NCBI RefSeq assembly: GCF_036321535.1
Contig: NC_087437.1
Location: 24,740,001-24,804,000 of the forward strand
Length of the DNA: 64,000 bases
From: Camelus dromedarius
Taxonomy: Eukaryota
Reading direction: 5' to 3'
Under the pieces are notes generated by a model. That model did not search any database. It saw only the letters and a program-made list of their open reading frames with translations, and was not told where the DNA came from. Positions 48,987-62,264 of this stretch are shown here, in pieces (position 1 is the stretch's first letter; every line of letters begins with the position of its first letter). The position numbers and the translations under genes are program-made.

Positions 48987-50235
48987 ATATACTTTATTAA
49001 CAGAGAGGAAGCACTTAACTTTATATCTTACCCCTTGCTTTCTTCACTCCAAAACCTCCTTCCTTCCTCCCTACTTTCTGACTTTAAAACATTTTACAGA
49101 CTTAAAGAAAAGGCCAATACAAAAATTGAAATGTCCTCGGAAGGGCTGGCTTGGGTTTCATGACAAATATTGGAAATGGAGTGGTCATATACACTTTGTA
49201 GAAAGAGTGAGAAAAGACCGCCGTTTTGTTAAGGTTAATTGGGATGCCAAGCATAGTAAATCAGTGTGTTCTGCCGTGAAGATTCCACTACTAATTTACG
49301 TTTTGGTCAAGTAAAGTTTTCAGAAATATGTTTTGATAAATGATTGTATCCTTGTTTCCTCAGTCAGAATGACTATGTGTGTGGTTTGTGTAAACGCAGC
49401 TCTTCAAAATGAAGCTGATCGGAGAGTTACACTGTTTGAGTGCGTGCTCAGTAATTTTTCACTCCAGTGGACCGCATGTAATATTCAGCCATCCTAGGGC
49501 AGTGTACTCTCCACTTTTTCATGAGTCTTTCAAAACCTTTTGATGAATATGTATATCATATGACTGTAAGAGCTATGTCTGCCCATTTTCCATCTTTTCA
49601 ACTGGGTATAGTTTAGTTGCCTAAAACTAAAAGTTGACAGTGCGTAACCACATTGGAGAATGGAAACAGAATTGTAATGGATGTCAGTCCAGAAAAGCAG
49701 CACACACCTAGGGCAAAGGACTCCACACTCCCTGTGAGTAATGAGAGTTCCTTCGCGTGGGTGTAAGCCAACTCTTCTTGGCTAGGAGGCAGTTTTTAAT
49801 AGTGTGTGTCAGGGACACAAAGCAAAGCTTGCTGTGTATCCTCACAGAGGAGTCTTACATTCCTGAAGTGATGATTAATGAAATATAGGCACTAGAATTT
49901 TAGTCAGATGGATTTTATTTTCTCCGTCATTTGGTCACGGCTTTTCTTATTCCCCTTTATGGTCAGCTCCTCACTTTGGAAACTATGCAAACACACTTAG
50001 GCAAAAGCACAAGAACAATAGTTCTGGGAAATATAGGCCAATGTCACTTAGAGCTCTGCCAGAAACTAATTTTAGTTGAAGAGCTCTGACTATTTTCGAG
50101 CCATTCACTTTCCACCCTTCCTACCAACGCTGGAACACTACAGATGAAAGTGTCTCTTCCAAGCAGGGTTTGGAATTTGTGACCAGAAAGTTCTTTAATC
50201 CTTCTTTCATCATTTCATACTAAATTCAAGAGTTC

Positions 50236-50361
50236 AATATCTTGTAATAAACTTTAATGAAAAAAATATGAAAATGAATATATGCATGACTGGGACATTG
50301 TGCTATACACCAGAAATTGACACATTGTAACTGACTGAACTTCAACTAAAACAAAAAAAAA
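50236..50361 (+). mobile_element. Short, young L1 3' end (camelid-type)
   Basis: tgcatgactgggacattgtgctatacaccagaaattgacacattgtaactgac plus A-tail; TSD aagagttc at 50228-50235 and 50362-50369. Confidence 0.85.
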
Positions 50362-51339
50362 AAGAGTTCTGCTAGGTCAGAGGTTGGTGACCTCTGGCAC
50401 AGGCACCAGAAATGGGCTGAGAACGAGGGGCAACATTTTGGATACGGTCTTCCTTTCTGACAGACACTCCTTTCCTTCCTCCGCATGCCACTCATCTCCA
50501 GGAGGGCAGCAGACCCACCAACACCCTCCCCTAGTTTCTCTTTCTTTTTCAGTTTGGTTTCTAGTTGCTAAGGTGTTAATTGCTAGATAAAATGAGTGAA
50601 TGAAGGGCAAACCCTCCCAAGCGATTTGCATTTAAAAAGAGGATAGTAGGAGACAGGAGAGGCTCAGGCAGCTGTAGTTCTGGGAGGAGAGGTTGGGGGG
50701 GAGGGGTTGCTACCTTTAGACCTGGGCAGCTGGGCTTGCTGTGCATACTGCCCTTTGCACTTACAGCCAAGATTACAAGTAGATGGTTACAAATATCTTC
50801 CTTAGGTCCAAATCCCATTTTTAAAACAATTTTTTTTCTATTCATAATTTCAACAAAAAGAATCTTAGATGGATTTCACAAACATCAAAATCCTTACCGT
50901 GTTATTGCTCAGGCATCTAATTTTCATTTTGAAAATTGTAATTCCTCTTAAGATTTCTTTTTATGGTCACCTAATTCTTTGACCAGTGTCTCTATTTTCT
51001 TCTGAATTGTCTCCACGTTATCTTTTTTTTCTCTTAATTGTGCAATCAAGCACCAAATATGTCTCTATAGTAATATTCAACATAGGGAGAGGTTTGAAAG
51101 AAAAATTCCTACTGGTGATACTGGTGTTTTTATTTATTTAATTTTTTACTGTTTTAAATATTCTACTAATTTCAAGGATACAATTGTAGATGAATTTGAA
51201 ACTATTTCTTTATATGTATCCAAGTTCAGCCAGTTTCACAATGATTTTGAGGGGATAAAAAAGCTAGGTTGAAATATAGCTGTTTCTTGTTCAATTTGCA
51301 GCCCCAGTCTAGACCCTTAAAATTTATTCACAACCATAC

Positions 51340-51610
51340 ACAATACATTTTTACTTGACATTTAAATAATTTAATTTACTTTAAAGTACCATCCAGTGTC
51401 TCTTTAGGTAACTCAGTTTTTTCCTGATTATTTTTCCAAATTACTTAGATTTTCTTGAATTTTAATCAAATTTTCCAAAGGATAAGCAACACCCTCTTTC
51501 AGGATTTTATCCTTAAAACGGATAAACAGGATCTCTGTTTCATCATCCAAGTTGTGGATAAAATGTGTAAAAGCCTTTAGCTTAAGTACCTTCTGGCTTG
51601 GAACACATCT
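51340..51610 (-). mobile_element. CR1/L3 LINE reverse transcriptase relic
   Basis: ORF 51428-51616 (VPSQKVL...FTHFIHNLDDETEILFIRFKDKILKEGVAYPLENLIKIQENLSNLEK) aligns to the CR1 RT pattern GVPQGSVLGP.LFNIFINDLD...KFADDTKLGG...IQ.DL..LE. Confidence 0.8.
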
Positions 51611-53158
51611 GAGCAATCCTTCTTAATTGATGTTCTAGAATGCATAAATCAGGAATACGGTTTCTCTAACGCTTGACCGCCGCCACCACAGTCTGGGAAA
51701 TGAGCACTGAATTTCCAACCCATTTGCCCAACTTGAACATTTCACATTACTGAGGCAGAGTTTGGTAGGCAGAGGACAGATGGATGCCCTTGGCAATGAG
51801 ACATGAGAAAGTGTTTTAGGGGAATGAAGTGGCTTGTGTATGGGATGGGGGAAGACAGATTCCTGCAGGACAAGAACTCTGTTCCATATAAAAAGAATTC
51901 AGAATAGTCAGTGCATTAACTATGCTATCTTTGAAGAATATATTCAACATGAATTTATAGAAATTGTGTCCCACCTAGGTGTACAATGGTAATTTATTCT
52001 CCATGACAAATATCAGAATTGATTAATTGAGAAAGAGATTGAGAGAGAACTTGAGATTCAGTCAGATGATTGACTCTTGGCCCAACTGTGTGGCTTTTTT
52101 AGCAGTGAGAAACCACAAATAGCCCAGTGTCACCACTGGTTAAGAGTGAGCTGGGCTGGAACCCATGTTTATTAAGTCCTTCCAGTGTTCCTTCCAACAA
52201 ACCATCACCCACGTTACAACTTCCCTGATGATGATTTATCAGTCTAGCAGTTTCTTTCAGTGACAATCATATTGACTATAATTGAAATTTATCTACCTCA
52301 ATCACATCTTTTCTGAGTGAATTACTGCTTCTGCTATGATCTGATAAAAGCTTTATTAATATTAGCTATCAATTTCTACTAATTTTGTTGCTCAACTTAC
52401 TTTTATTTCGTAATTCACTAATTTTTTGACTCTTCTCAGTTTTTTTACCTAAATAAATTTTAAGAGGGCAAAAAAAGGGAACATTCATATACCCCCAAAT
52501 GAGACAACTATAATTTTCTTGGTTGCTTTAATGAAACGTTCTGACGCATTTCCAAATTGCAGTTAAAATGCTGAATTCTAGCTTTATCAAATATGCCATT
52601 TTCATCAAGAAAGAAAAAAGAAAGTATGCTACAGAGGTCTTCCTTCACAGGTTGTGCCCCCTGTGCCCCTCCATTTTAAAAAGTTACCTTTCTAAATCTA
52701 GTACTTATTTTTAAAATAAAAGTATGGTGTATTTCTAATTATAAATCCTCAAATATCGTGTATATTCTTGACTGGGAGAAAATTTTGGATTTTACTGTGT
52801 CTCACGAATGCCCTAATTATTTGCTAATAATTTTCGTGGCTGAGAATTTGAGGAATTTTCCACAGACTAACTTCTGGCTCTTGCTGCTTGACCACAAGCA
52901 ACTTCCTGCACCAGGCACCACAGGGTATGTTCAGATCGCAATACAATCTCTGGCCCTGCACTTTTATCCATTGTATTAGGGCAGCTTAGTGGGCAGTTGA
53001 AATTTTATAGAAACCTTTCCTAAATGTGTATGACTAACAATGACTTAGCTACACGTGGAAGTGACTGCAAACCTTGTAAATATATCCCATGAAGCCAAAG
53101 TAAATGTATCTTCAACTCAGCTTCCCCTCAGCTAGACCTCAAATATGTGCAGTTTCTC

Positions 53159-53218
53159 CAGTATGATGGTGTATGGTAAATGCTTAACAACCTGTTCTCC
53201 TGGATAAAAAGGATGAGA

Positions 53219-53252
<34 letters not shown>

Positions 53253-53455
53253 GTTTATTGTAGATTTTACTGACATAAAGGATTCATACATGATTTATAA
53301 CAACTAATAATAAGATATGCAATACTCTACTATAAATTCCTAGTACAGCCAATTACTTTTCACAGCAAGTTTCCCTCGATTTTTGCTGAGCCCTTGTATT
53401 GGTGACCAACCTATGGTTTCAGTTCAACCGTGATTTGACAAATGCAATTGTGTCT
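53159..53455. mobile_element. hAT-Tip100 (Arthur1-like) terminal fragment
   Basis: ggtgtatggtaaatgcttaacaacctgttctc...ttttactgacataaagga...accaacctatggtt. Confidence 0.55.
53221..53249. repeat. (CA)n microsatellite
   Basis: Directly visible. Confidence 0.95.
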
Positions 53456-53629
53456 CCTTTTTTATAAAAGAATGGAAGAAAATAAAAATGGAAACAAAAG
53501 CAAAAAACAAGAACATTTTAGCTGAAAAGAGTGAGAGTTGTCGCTGTGTCTAGCTTCATTACCCTGCCCTGTTTCCGGGCTGAGAGGTAGTCCCAGTCAG
53601 CAGTTTCCTTCCAGGCGTTTCTAACGGGA

Positions 53630-53875
53630 ACACCGTGATGTGGAGATGAGGCCACTACCTAGGATCCAATTCCAGGGCTGTCCTCTGTCTGTATGACCAC
53701 AGGCAAGTTATCTACCTCTCAGTTTCTTCATTTGAAATTAAGGGCAGTAATAGCACCTGCATCACTGGGTTTGGATGAGGATTAAATGAGTTAATATGTC
53801 AAATTTTTGGCACTTAATTAATGTTTAATTAGGACCAAAATAATTAATTAACATATTGTAGCACTTAGTACATGG
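53630..53875 (+). mobile_element. MIR SINE
   Basis: tgaccacaggcaagttatctacctctcagtttcttcatttgaaa...gaggattaaatgag. Confidence 0.8.
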
Positions 53876-54029
53876 GAGAGAGAGAGAAACCAAGGTGAAA
53901 AAAGATAGAAACTTCACACGTAAATAAATTCACAAATTGAAAAAGAGAATATTGCAGACTAATTTGGACTTTAGAAATGCTCTTCAAGCACAATGCAGGC
54001 TATGATTTGAGGTCATCACCCCCTTCAGT

Positions 54030-54330
54030 TTACATTCATTGATTCATATATTTAGCAAGTGTTTATTGAGCAGATAATGGGTACTAAGCATAGGGTATGT
54101 GCTAAGCATAGGATAAATAACTGTATTCTATTCTCAAGAAGCTTGGATTAAAGTAGTCAAAGTATATACACACACATTAAAGAAAGGTGATATCTGGTAA
54201 GCGTATGAACAATACAAACAATCTATCTGTGAGTTCAGAGATGGGCGAGAGAGCTCCTAACCAGTATGACCTAGACAAGGAATCTAAGAGGTAGAGGATT
54301 TGGCCTGACCCATTGAGCAGAAGGGAAAAA
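54030..54330 (-). mobile_element. L2 LINE 3' fragment
   Basis: cattcattgattca...gtttattgagc...attctcaagaagctt. Confidence 0.7.
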
Positions 54331-54369
54331 CTGATGATTCAAACGGAATTTGTTACCAGGCTAAAAATG

Positions 54370-54990
54370 CATGATGTTTGAAAGTGTTTTGTTTTGTTTT
54401 GCTTTATTTTTCAATGTTTAAACATGGGAAATTTTCTCAAAAATGTCTGTGTTTTGGGCTTTCTTTGAAAAATTGGAAGATCTGGTGGCAATCCTTAACC
54501 TGTGTTGCAACACTGCTACTATCATTTGGAGGCAAGTTACCTTGGTCCATTCAGGCTGCTATAACAAAATACCATGGACTGAATGGCTTGTGAATGATCA
54601 GAATTATTCCTCAGTACCAGAGACTGGGAAGCCCAAGGTCAGGGTGCCAGTAGATTTAGCATCTGATGAGAGCCCGCTCCCCAGTTCATAGGCTGGCACC
54701 TTCTTGCCGTGTCTCCATAAGGCAGAAGGGAGAGAGGGGAGGCTCGCTTCCTCGTGACTCCCTTAAGGCATCCCAAGCATGAGGGCCTCACTAACCTCAT
54801 CCATTAGGGCTCCACCTTCATGACCTCACGTAATTCTAACTGCCACCCACATGCCCCACCTCCTAGCACCATCACACTGCAGGGTAGTGCTTCAACATAC
54901 AAATCCTGGGGGGACACAAGCACTCAGTCCATGACCCAGGTAATAATTGTCCCCCAGAAGGGGTGTCCACTCTTTCCATTGCTGTGGCAG
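54370..54990. mobile_element. MER102-like element split by an MLT1A LTR
   Basis: ttctttgaaaaattggaagatctggtggcaa; resumes after the LTR with taattgtccccca. Confidence 0.45.
54538..54936 (-). mobile_element. MLT1A/MLT1A0-like MaLR solo LTR
   Basis: tccattcaggctgctataacaaaatacca...gggaagcccaaggtcagggtgcca...ttcaacatacaaatcctggggggacac. Confidence 0.85.
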
Positions 54991-55361
54991 CAGTAGCCAG
55001 GCTCAAACGCATGAACTGGATTCCAAACGTGTTCCTAAGTGGTACACAGGAATTAAAGACATCAATTCCAGGTTTACGCACTGCTGGCCGCATAGTGCCG
55101 GCCAATCATGGTGCCTCTTCCACCTATTTGGCTTTGTTGAGAAGCAAAAAATGCACTCAGCCATGACACATAACGTTATTGAACTTATCAGTTCTCTCCA
55201 CAAGCAGCTCAGTGGCATTCTGCACTGTCACCATTATGCACTTGCCATGCCTTTCCAGGGTGTGAACCATATCAGGGGAGGGCTGAAGCCCAAACTAGTA
55301 AGACTGACTCTGAGCTGTTCTTTTTTCCACTTACCCCTTTCTTTAGAGTGGTGTATTTCTT

Positions 55362-56015
55362 TTCTTCCTTTTTTTTTTGTGTGTGTTAAGATTTACATAA
55401 CATTTACTATTTTATCCATTTTAAGCGTATAGTTCACTGTCATCAGGCACATTCACACTGTTGTATAACCACCATCACTATCCACCTCCAGAACTCTTTT
55501 CATCTCACAAAGCTGAAACTCTATGCTTATTAAACATCCTAACCCCTGGCAATTACCATTCTTCTTTCTGTCTCTATGAGTGTGACTACTCTAGGAATCT
55601 CATATAATTATATGTGGAATCATCCAATTTTTATTGTTTTGAGACTAACATATTTCACTTAGCATAATGTCTTCAAGGTTCAACCCTGTTGTAGCATGTG
55701 TTGGAATTTCATTCCACTTTAAGACTAAATAATATTCCACTGTAAAATGTAAAACCACATTTTTTTTTTCCATTCATCCATCAATGAACACTCGGGTTGG
55801 TTCCACTTTTTTTGCTATTGTGAATAATAATGGACGTGGGTGTACAAATATCTGAGTCTGCTTTCAGTTTTTGTGGGTATGTACCCAGAAGTGGAATTAC
55901 CAGAAGTGGTAGTTCTGTGTTTAATTTTTGGAGAAAACACCAGCCAGCTTTCCACCACAGCTGCAGTATCTGACATTCCCACCGGCAACACACAGGGGTT
56001 CCAATTTCTCCACCA
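55362..56015 (-). mobile_element. L1 (L1MA/MB-type) 3' end
   Basis: acataacatttactattttatccattttaagcgtatagttca...cacttagcataatgtcttcaaggttca...tacccagaagtggaatt. Confidence 0.9.
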
Positions 56016-57879
56016 CAGTCATGTGTTCCCTTATTCCATCTCCCCTCCCTGCAGCAGCAACTTCCTCTTCTGGGGCGAGTTTGAAGTCTACCTTAACATA
56101 TGGTGTGACCAAAGGAAAATATTGAGATAAGTGTCAGAGTAAGGCTCAACTTGAAAATTCCACAGGACTAAGAAAAGATCATGTAATACAATGCTTTTGC
56201 TGGGCACGTGGAAAGCCCTAATCCCCCTTCTTCCTGGGAGAAGTTTGATCCCATCTAGCTGGAGAGATTTAATAGGTGTTAAAATGATGGAGACTTGAGC
56301 TTAAGGAATTACAGAATTTTAATACCTAGCATAAAACATCCAACACAGACATACTTAAAAATTCTATACAACACAGGAGGGGAAAATTGGGAATAAAGAA
56401 CCAGCTAAAAATGAATCCCTTGCGTAGCATTTAGAAGAAAGCCTGGGGAACTATTTCCCTGACAATGTTTGCCAAATTATACAGTAAGTGTATTAATAAG
56501 AGTGGTGCTAGATAGGGCTTTTAGATGTAACTTTTAGTTCCTGTTCTGCTTGCACATGTAGTTTAGAAACTAGGGAACCTAAATTTAATAAGAGGATGTG
56601 ACTACTTTTGTAGAAGGATTTGGAGACATCGTGGTCTGCTCAGCCCAGGAGATTGTGATGATGGCGAAAGCAGTTTGCAAAGCTCCACATCAGGTGGCCT
56701 ACTATTACTGCTAATAGAACCAAGTATTTTGGAGATAAGGGAAGTTGCATTGTATTTGAAGAGTGGGTTTAAGACAAAAACAATTCTTACATAAGGTAGA
56801 GTAGAATTGATTCTACCTTAGCTGCTTCAAGACAGAGGACCTAAAATGTCAGGATGCAACTTACAGGCGTGCCACCGAGTGGACCTCTACGGGGAGTTTG
56901 ACCCAGTGTTCACGTCCCGGGAGAGAAAGACTGAATGCTCTGATGTTAAAAGCCCCACCTCTTGGAGCATCACCAAGACCGAGCTGGCGTCTGACTGACT
57001 GAGATGCCCACAGCAAGCCTCACACCCTGGGCTCATTTACCGCCCTGCTCCAGGAAGAGGAAGAATGATCATATTTAAGGCCCTTCTGCTCTAGCCCTTT
57101 TAGGACCTTGTTACAGTGCCCAAGTATTAGCTCAGCTTTTATTTACTTACTTATTTTCTACAGTTGCATGTATTGTGCTGCGGCTTCCGGACTGGGATGG
57201 CTCTGTGACTGATCACTGTCATGCTTACATTTACTTGTTCCAGTGAAATCTTTGCATATCCCGTCAGTTTTTACTTCTATAGTAGGTTTTACTACGAGTT
57301 CGTTTTCCTAAAGCCACAGTTGATCCGAGTATAGTTAGGTTATCTTGCCACTTTCATGCATCTTTTGTACTTTTCTTAGGACGTAGCATCTACCTATTTT
57401 AGTGGTAAAAGGACGTACCCTTGCTCAAAAGAGACAATTCCTTTAGTGAGCCCCCATAATACTATTATTTAACCAGAGAAATTCACCTTTAAAACAAAAT
57501 GTCATCTTCCCTTCAACCAGCAGATTTCTTAATGTTCCCACTTCTCAAATGCGCTGGGTGCCTTGAAAGCAGATTAGAACTGCTAACAATTAGTTCACCT
57601 GTCTACATTTTTGATGGAAAATAGAAATGAGCTCCTGGGCACAGAAAATCCAAAATTCATCTCTCTTGCAGCCTAAGGTTTTCTTTCCTCAAGATCAGTT
57701 ATCAGTTTAATATAATATTGTTGACTTAACAATGATGTATTTCAAGCTGAAGGCAGAAATGAATTTTGCATTAATAAATTGTTTGGAGATGGATTCAGAG
57801 AGCATTTCATTATATAAGAAGGGTGGCTATAAAACATGTTTGGTGGTCTTTCCATCATTCCTACCTGTGGCCCATTTGT

Positions 57880-59110
57880 GGAGATGACATTTGTCAGTGT
57901 GACAGGGAATATTAAGCAAGTGATAGACAGTTATTAGCTGAAGTCCTGATATATTTACGCCATGGGAAAATGCACTTGGTATTTTCTTTCTGGCAACTGG
58001 TCTGTAGTTCATAATTTGATGGAAAATTGATTAATCACACATTTAACTCGATGCAAGATCTTCTGCACTGTAATAAATTATGGCCATTAATCAATAAGTA
58101 CAAAGTAATTCCAAGAGTCTGGAGACACGCTGGTTTCTAATAGAAAAACTTGCACTTGGGCCTTTCTGCCAGTGACCACTTCATCTAAGGTATTTTGCAC
58201 CTGCCTCAATCCAATTAGATGACATAATTAATGGACCTCGATGCTCTTGATAATTTGTTATACAAAAGAAAGAATGTTTTGGCACATCCATTAAAACCTG
58301 ATGTACAACACTTTGCAGAAAGGGGGAAAAATTGCTGAACCGAAGCAACAGAGGGGCTTATGCTGGGAACCTCAGAGTTCAAGTCAAAGTGTGGGAAGCC
58401 GCCCTCTTACTTCATGTTGGGTGAAGATTCAGTTGCATTTGCTAAAATGATCCAACGGGATCTCTCTCTCTCTTTTTTTTTTTTTTCCAACCAGGAAAGT
58501 GAACTCGGCCTGTGTGCAAAGTTTCATGCCATCTTGTTTCTTTTATGACAAATTAAATGGTATGATTAGAGTAAGTATTCAGGAAGTATTGTTTCAGAGG
58601 CAATCTAATAAATGTTTCCTTGGTTAAGTATCAGTTACAGTTTTACATATCACAGTCATTCTGCACCTGTTTTGTGCAGCTAACAATAGGGCTCTCAATA
58701 GATTTTCACGAGAGAAAGCTTGGGAAGATAAAAAGAAAACCCGTTCGCAGCTAATTCTGTCACTAGGAAACGCCAGGAGTAGATTGTGTTTAGAGACTTT
58801 GAAAAACAATTAGCTATGGATTATGCGACTAAAAGGCCTTTCCTAACTGTACCTGGAAAACACTTGGCCCGTTTAATGCCTTCTAAGCTGTCACTGAGCT
58901 TGAACTTCAGTCCCAGTGATTAATGAAAAGCTGCGGGGCACAGCTAGGAGCTAAAGTCTCAATTATGAAAAAGCAGTAACTAGCTTAATGTGCTGATGCT
59001 TTTATACTTAAAGTGACAGCTATGAAAAATGGCAATATTTCCAATCATGCTTTAATAATTTATCATTCATTTATTGGCATGTCCAATGTGCTTTATTCCC
59101 ACTGTTCTTT
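57880..59110. promoter_or_regulatory. Candidate developmental enhancer / conserved non-coding element
   Basis: Block with no recognisable TE, carrying clustered Pbx-Hox (TGATTAAT), Meis (TGACAG) and TAAT homeodomain motifs. Confidence 0.5.
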
Positions 59111-59221
59111 TTCTTTTTCTGGGCTCCTCATGTTCTGACACTGAGGAACACAATATGATCAGGCAGCTTAAAAAGCAGACCTTCCTGTTTGGAAGCTGGG
59201 ACCTATAGCCACAAAGTTTTA

Positions 59222-59223
<2 letters not shown>

Positions 59224-59285
<62 letters not shown>

Positions 59286-59290
59286 ATCTA
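59224..59290. repeat. Compound tetranucleotide STR (TCTG)4(TCTA)11 TCA TCTA
   Basis: Directly counted. Confidence 0.95.
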
Positions 59291-62264
59291 TATAATTTCC
59301 AGCTACTGCATAATATAGCAATAGAGATTTTGAAAACAGCACACAGTCCAGTGACCCTGTCTACTTCCAGGTCACAAATTACCACCTTAATTCCTGACAG
59401 ACACCTTGAATTCCATGCCTTTGATTATAAGAGAAACTAGGCAAGGGTGGGTGGAGGAATCAGTCTAAGCCTCCCCGGGCCAGTGGGACAGTGAGGACAG
59501 TGGACAAGTGGAAGCAAGTTGTAGATCAGAAAACGAAGTAGGGGGAAGACAGGACACATTTTTGGGGATTAGTGCCACCAAGATATCTTGTAAAATTATT
59601 TAAGTTTAATTTTGCATTTTTAATTTCAGCAACGAATTCTTTGGTCAACAGCTATAGTCATTCCCTTGATACAGTTTTATTAGATTATATTAGACTGTTT
59701 ACATTAGTATGTTCAGGGCTTAGCTGAGTCCCTGGCGCAGCATCTGATGAACCGACAAGAAAACAAATGAATAAAATAAAGCCACCAATGAATAAAGTAA
59801 GCCTGGGCTGCTTATTTAATTTCAGTTAAATTTCTGAAGTATTTTTCGAATGGCCACTGTGCACTCAAACATGAATGTACAAAATGAGTGAGACTTCAAA
59901 GAACTTGCAAACCACAATTTTAAGTATTTCAAATTGAGATTATAACAGAGTATAATAAAGTTTTATATAGAATATTGAGTGGCATAATATTTTCCACCCT
60001 CCTTAAGTGGAATAAAGGCACAGATACATATATTTAGCAATTCTTAAGTTGCAACTATCTAGGATTTTGCTGAATTTGGCTTTTAAAAATAGATTATTAG
60101 TACTTATGAGATATGAGTAAATAGTATAGATAATATTTAAAAATTGCCTTAGGTTCATTTGTCATCTGGAGGTTTTCTTTTCCTTCTTAATTTTTTTTCT
60201 GTAGTTATAAAATGTATTTCCCAATTTTAAAGTAAAAAAAAAAAATCATAAGAGTATATACAACTTGTCAACCAAACAAATTGTGGACTTGTTTTGGGGA
60301 GCATAGGAGGAACACAAATAATTTTAAAATATCTTTCTTATAATCTGGCAGTGAGCAGCATGTTTTATTTTTTTTAATTGCCATCATCAATAGTGCTTGG
60401 TCCCAGGCCTCCAAGGACTGGGATCATAAATTGGTAAATGAGTATGCCTACAAGTGAGGCCATAAAACTCAAGTTTCAAGGCAGGTGGCAGTTGTGCAAA
60501 TAAAATGTTTAGGGAACCACTTGTGACTAAAATGGGCTTAATGTTCTTCTTTACTTGTTTGTCCTGGTGGCAGGTCAGTTTTGACCCAGATAACAGTGGT
60601 ACTGTTCACCAGACTTCGTGGATCTTGGTTTTCGATGAACTATTAGGATGTTATTTGAGTACAGTGTAGAAGTGGTACACGTTGTCATTTCTCTGGTACA
60701 TAAGGAAATGTGTTTGATCTGCTCCTATACATCAAGCAGACAGGTGACAGCCTGTTCACAGGACTGAGCTTTTCAAAACTGTAAAACTAAAACTCGAGAC
60801 TGGGTTTAAAACCTACTTTTGCATCTAACAAGCTGTGTAATTTTCTTTAGATAAAAGACCCAGAGACTTGGGGGCAAGGATATTGAATGTGTTTTGAAAA
60901 AATAATGCAACAATAGAATTACAAGGAAACATGACGTCCCTTTTGGGCATTTGTATTTAGCCATACAAAGCAGTGCATGACGGGTTAATTTTACATGGCA
61001 TTGGTTAATTGGTTAATTTTCTTTCTGATTTTTTTTTTTCCTCTGGGCAAGTTTAGCCAAGAGAATATGAACCCATGTTTATTCCACTGACTGCCAATCT
61101 GGAGTCTAGAGTCTATGTAAATAACTTATTAGTAAGATTACCTCTACTGTTTATCCTGTTAGTGTCTTAAACATTACATTATCACACTCAGCTCAGCTTT
61201 TCAAATCTAGGCATGTTTCTCTGGATTTTTCTTTTTTAATGACAATTTTCTTCTCATGGTATTTAACTTATTTAATAACTTTCTTCTCAAAATGCTTTAA
61301 ATCATTTTCCAGGATTATTCTTAAGTCTAAAGTTGATCATATTCTTGAAGCTTTTATTGTGGTTCAGATCCATCCCTGGAGCAACAGTTGGCTGGGAGCT
61401 TTGATAAGTCATGTTACCCTTTTCTCCAAACATCTGTGAATTTGCCAGCACACCCTGAAATGTACCGTGAGTGCTGCCCTGTTATTCTCTGTAGGCACTG
61501 AATCAGGCATCTGTCCACAGATATTTCCTTATTCACGTATGTGTGTGTGCACACACATACACACACATATAAACACGACCTACACACACACTGTATACAA
61601 AAGCCATGCTCTGTTTTGGATGTGAATAGAATTTCAGTTTTTTAATTAAGGCTATCAACTTTTTCCCCCCTTTACCCTAGTTTTGTCCCATATAGATCTT
61701 AAAAAAAAAAAAGTTATGGTACTTTAAATAGCTTCATTACTTCTTCCTTGAAAAAAGAGAAGACAGAGGAGTTTAAACCCAGTTGCTTGGAGCACAGTAG
61801 TGGGATAAATATTCCTTGAGTGGCAGCAAACAGCTCTAGGCTCTTTGAGTAAGGATGATGTGATTCCATCATGGAATTTTAGGAAGTTTTGGAATTTTCA
61901 ATTAAACTGCTCCATCTAGGGGTAGTTTCCCCAAAGCTATGGGGGCAGCTTGCCCAGATCCTTTTTCCACCAGGTCAGACAAGGTTAAGATGTGGGAGCA
62001 GTGCCAGGGGCTTGAGCTATTAGGTCCAGCTGTAAGATTTTATCTTCTGTATCTGTCTTGTGGGGTCACTCCACCAACCCTTTGTTTTGATGGATCGTTC
62101 CTAACATAGCAGACAGTTTTCCTCTGGGGACTGTCTACACAAATATCATAGGCTCCCATTTTAGGATAATTTTTAGCTGACAGCCTCTCAGCATCTTAGG
62201 AGGTCTAGCTATGTGAACGTATGGTATTCTTTTTGCAATAATAAAACAATAATGGCGGAGCTTG

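Noticed and set aside
54872..55432. Overlapping ORFs up to 161 aa
   Set aside because: They run between MLT1A/MER102 and L1 repeats and show no recognisable domain.
57509..57521. miR-133-like sequence CCCTTCAACCAGC
   Set aside because: The seed (TTGGTCC) is absent and there is no complementary arm.
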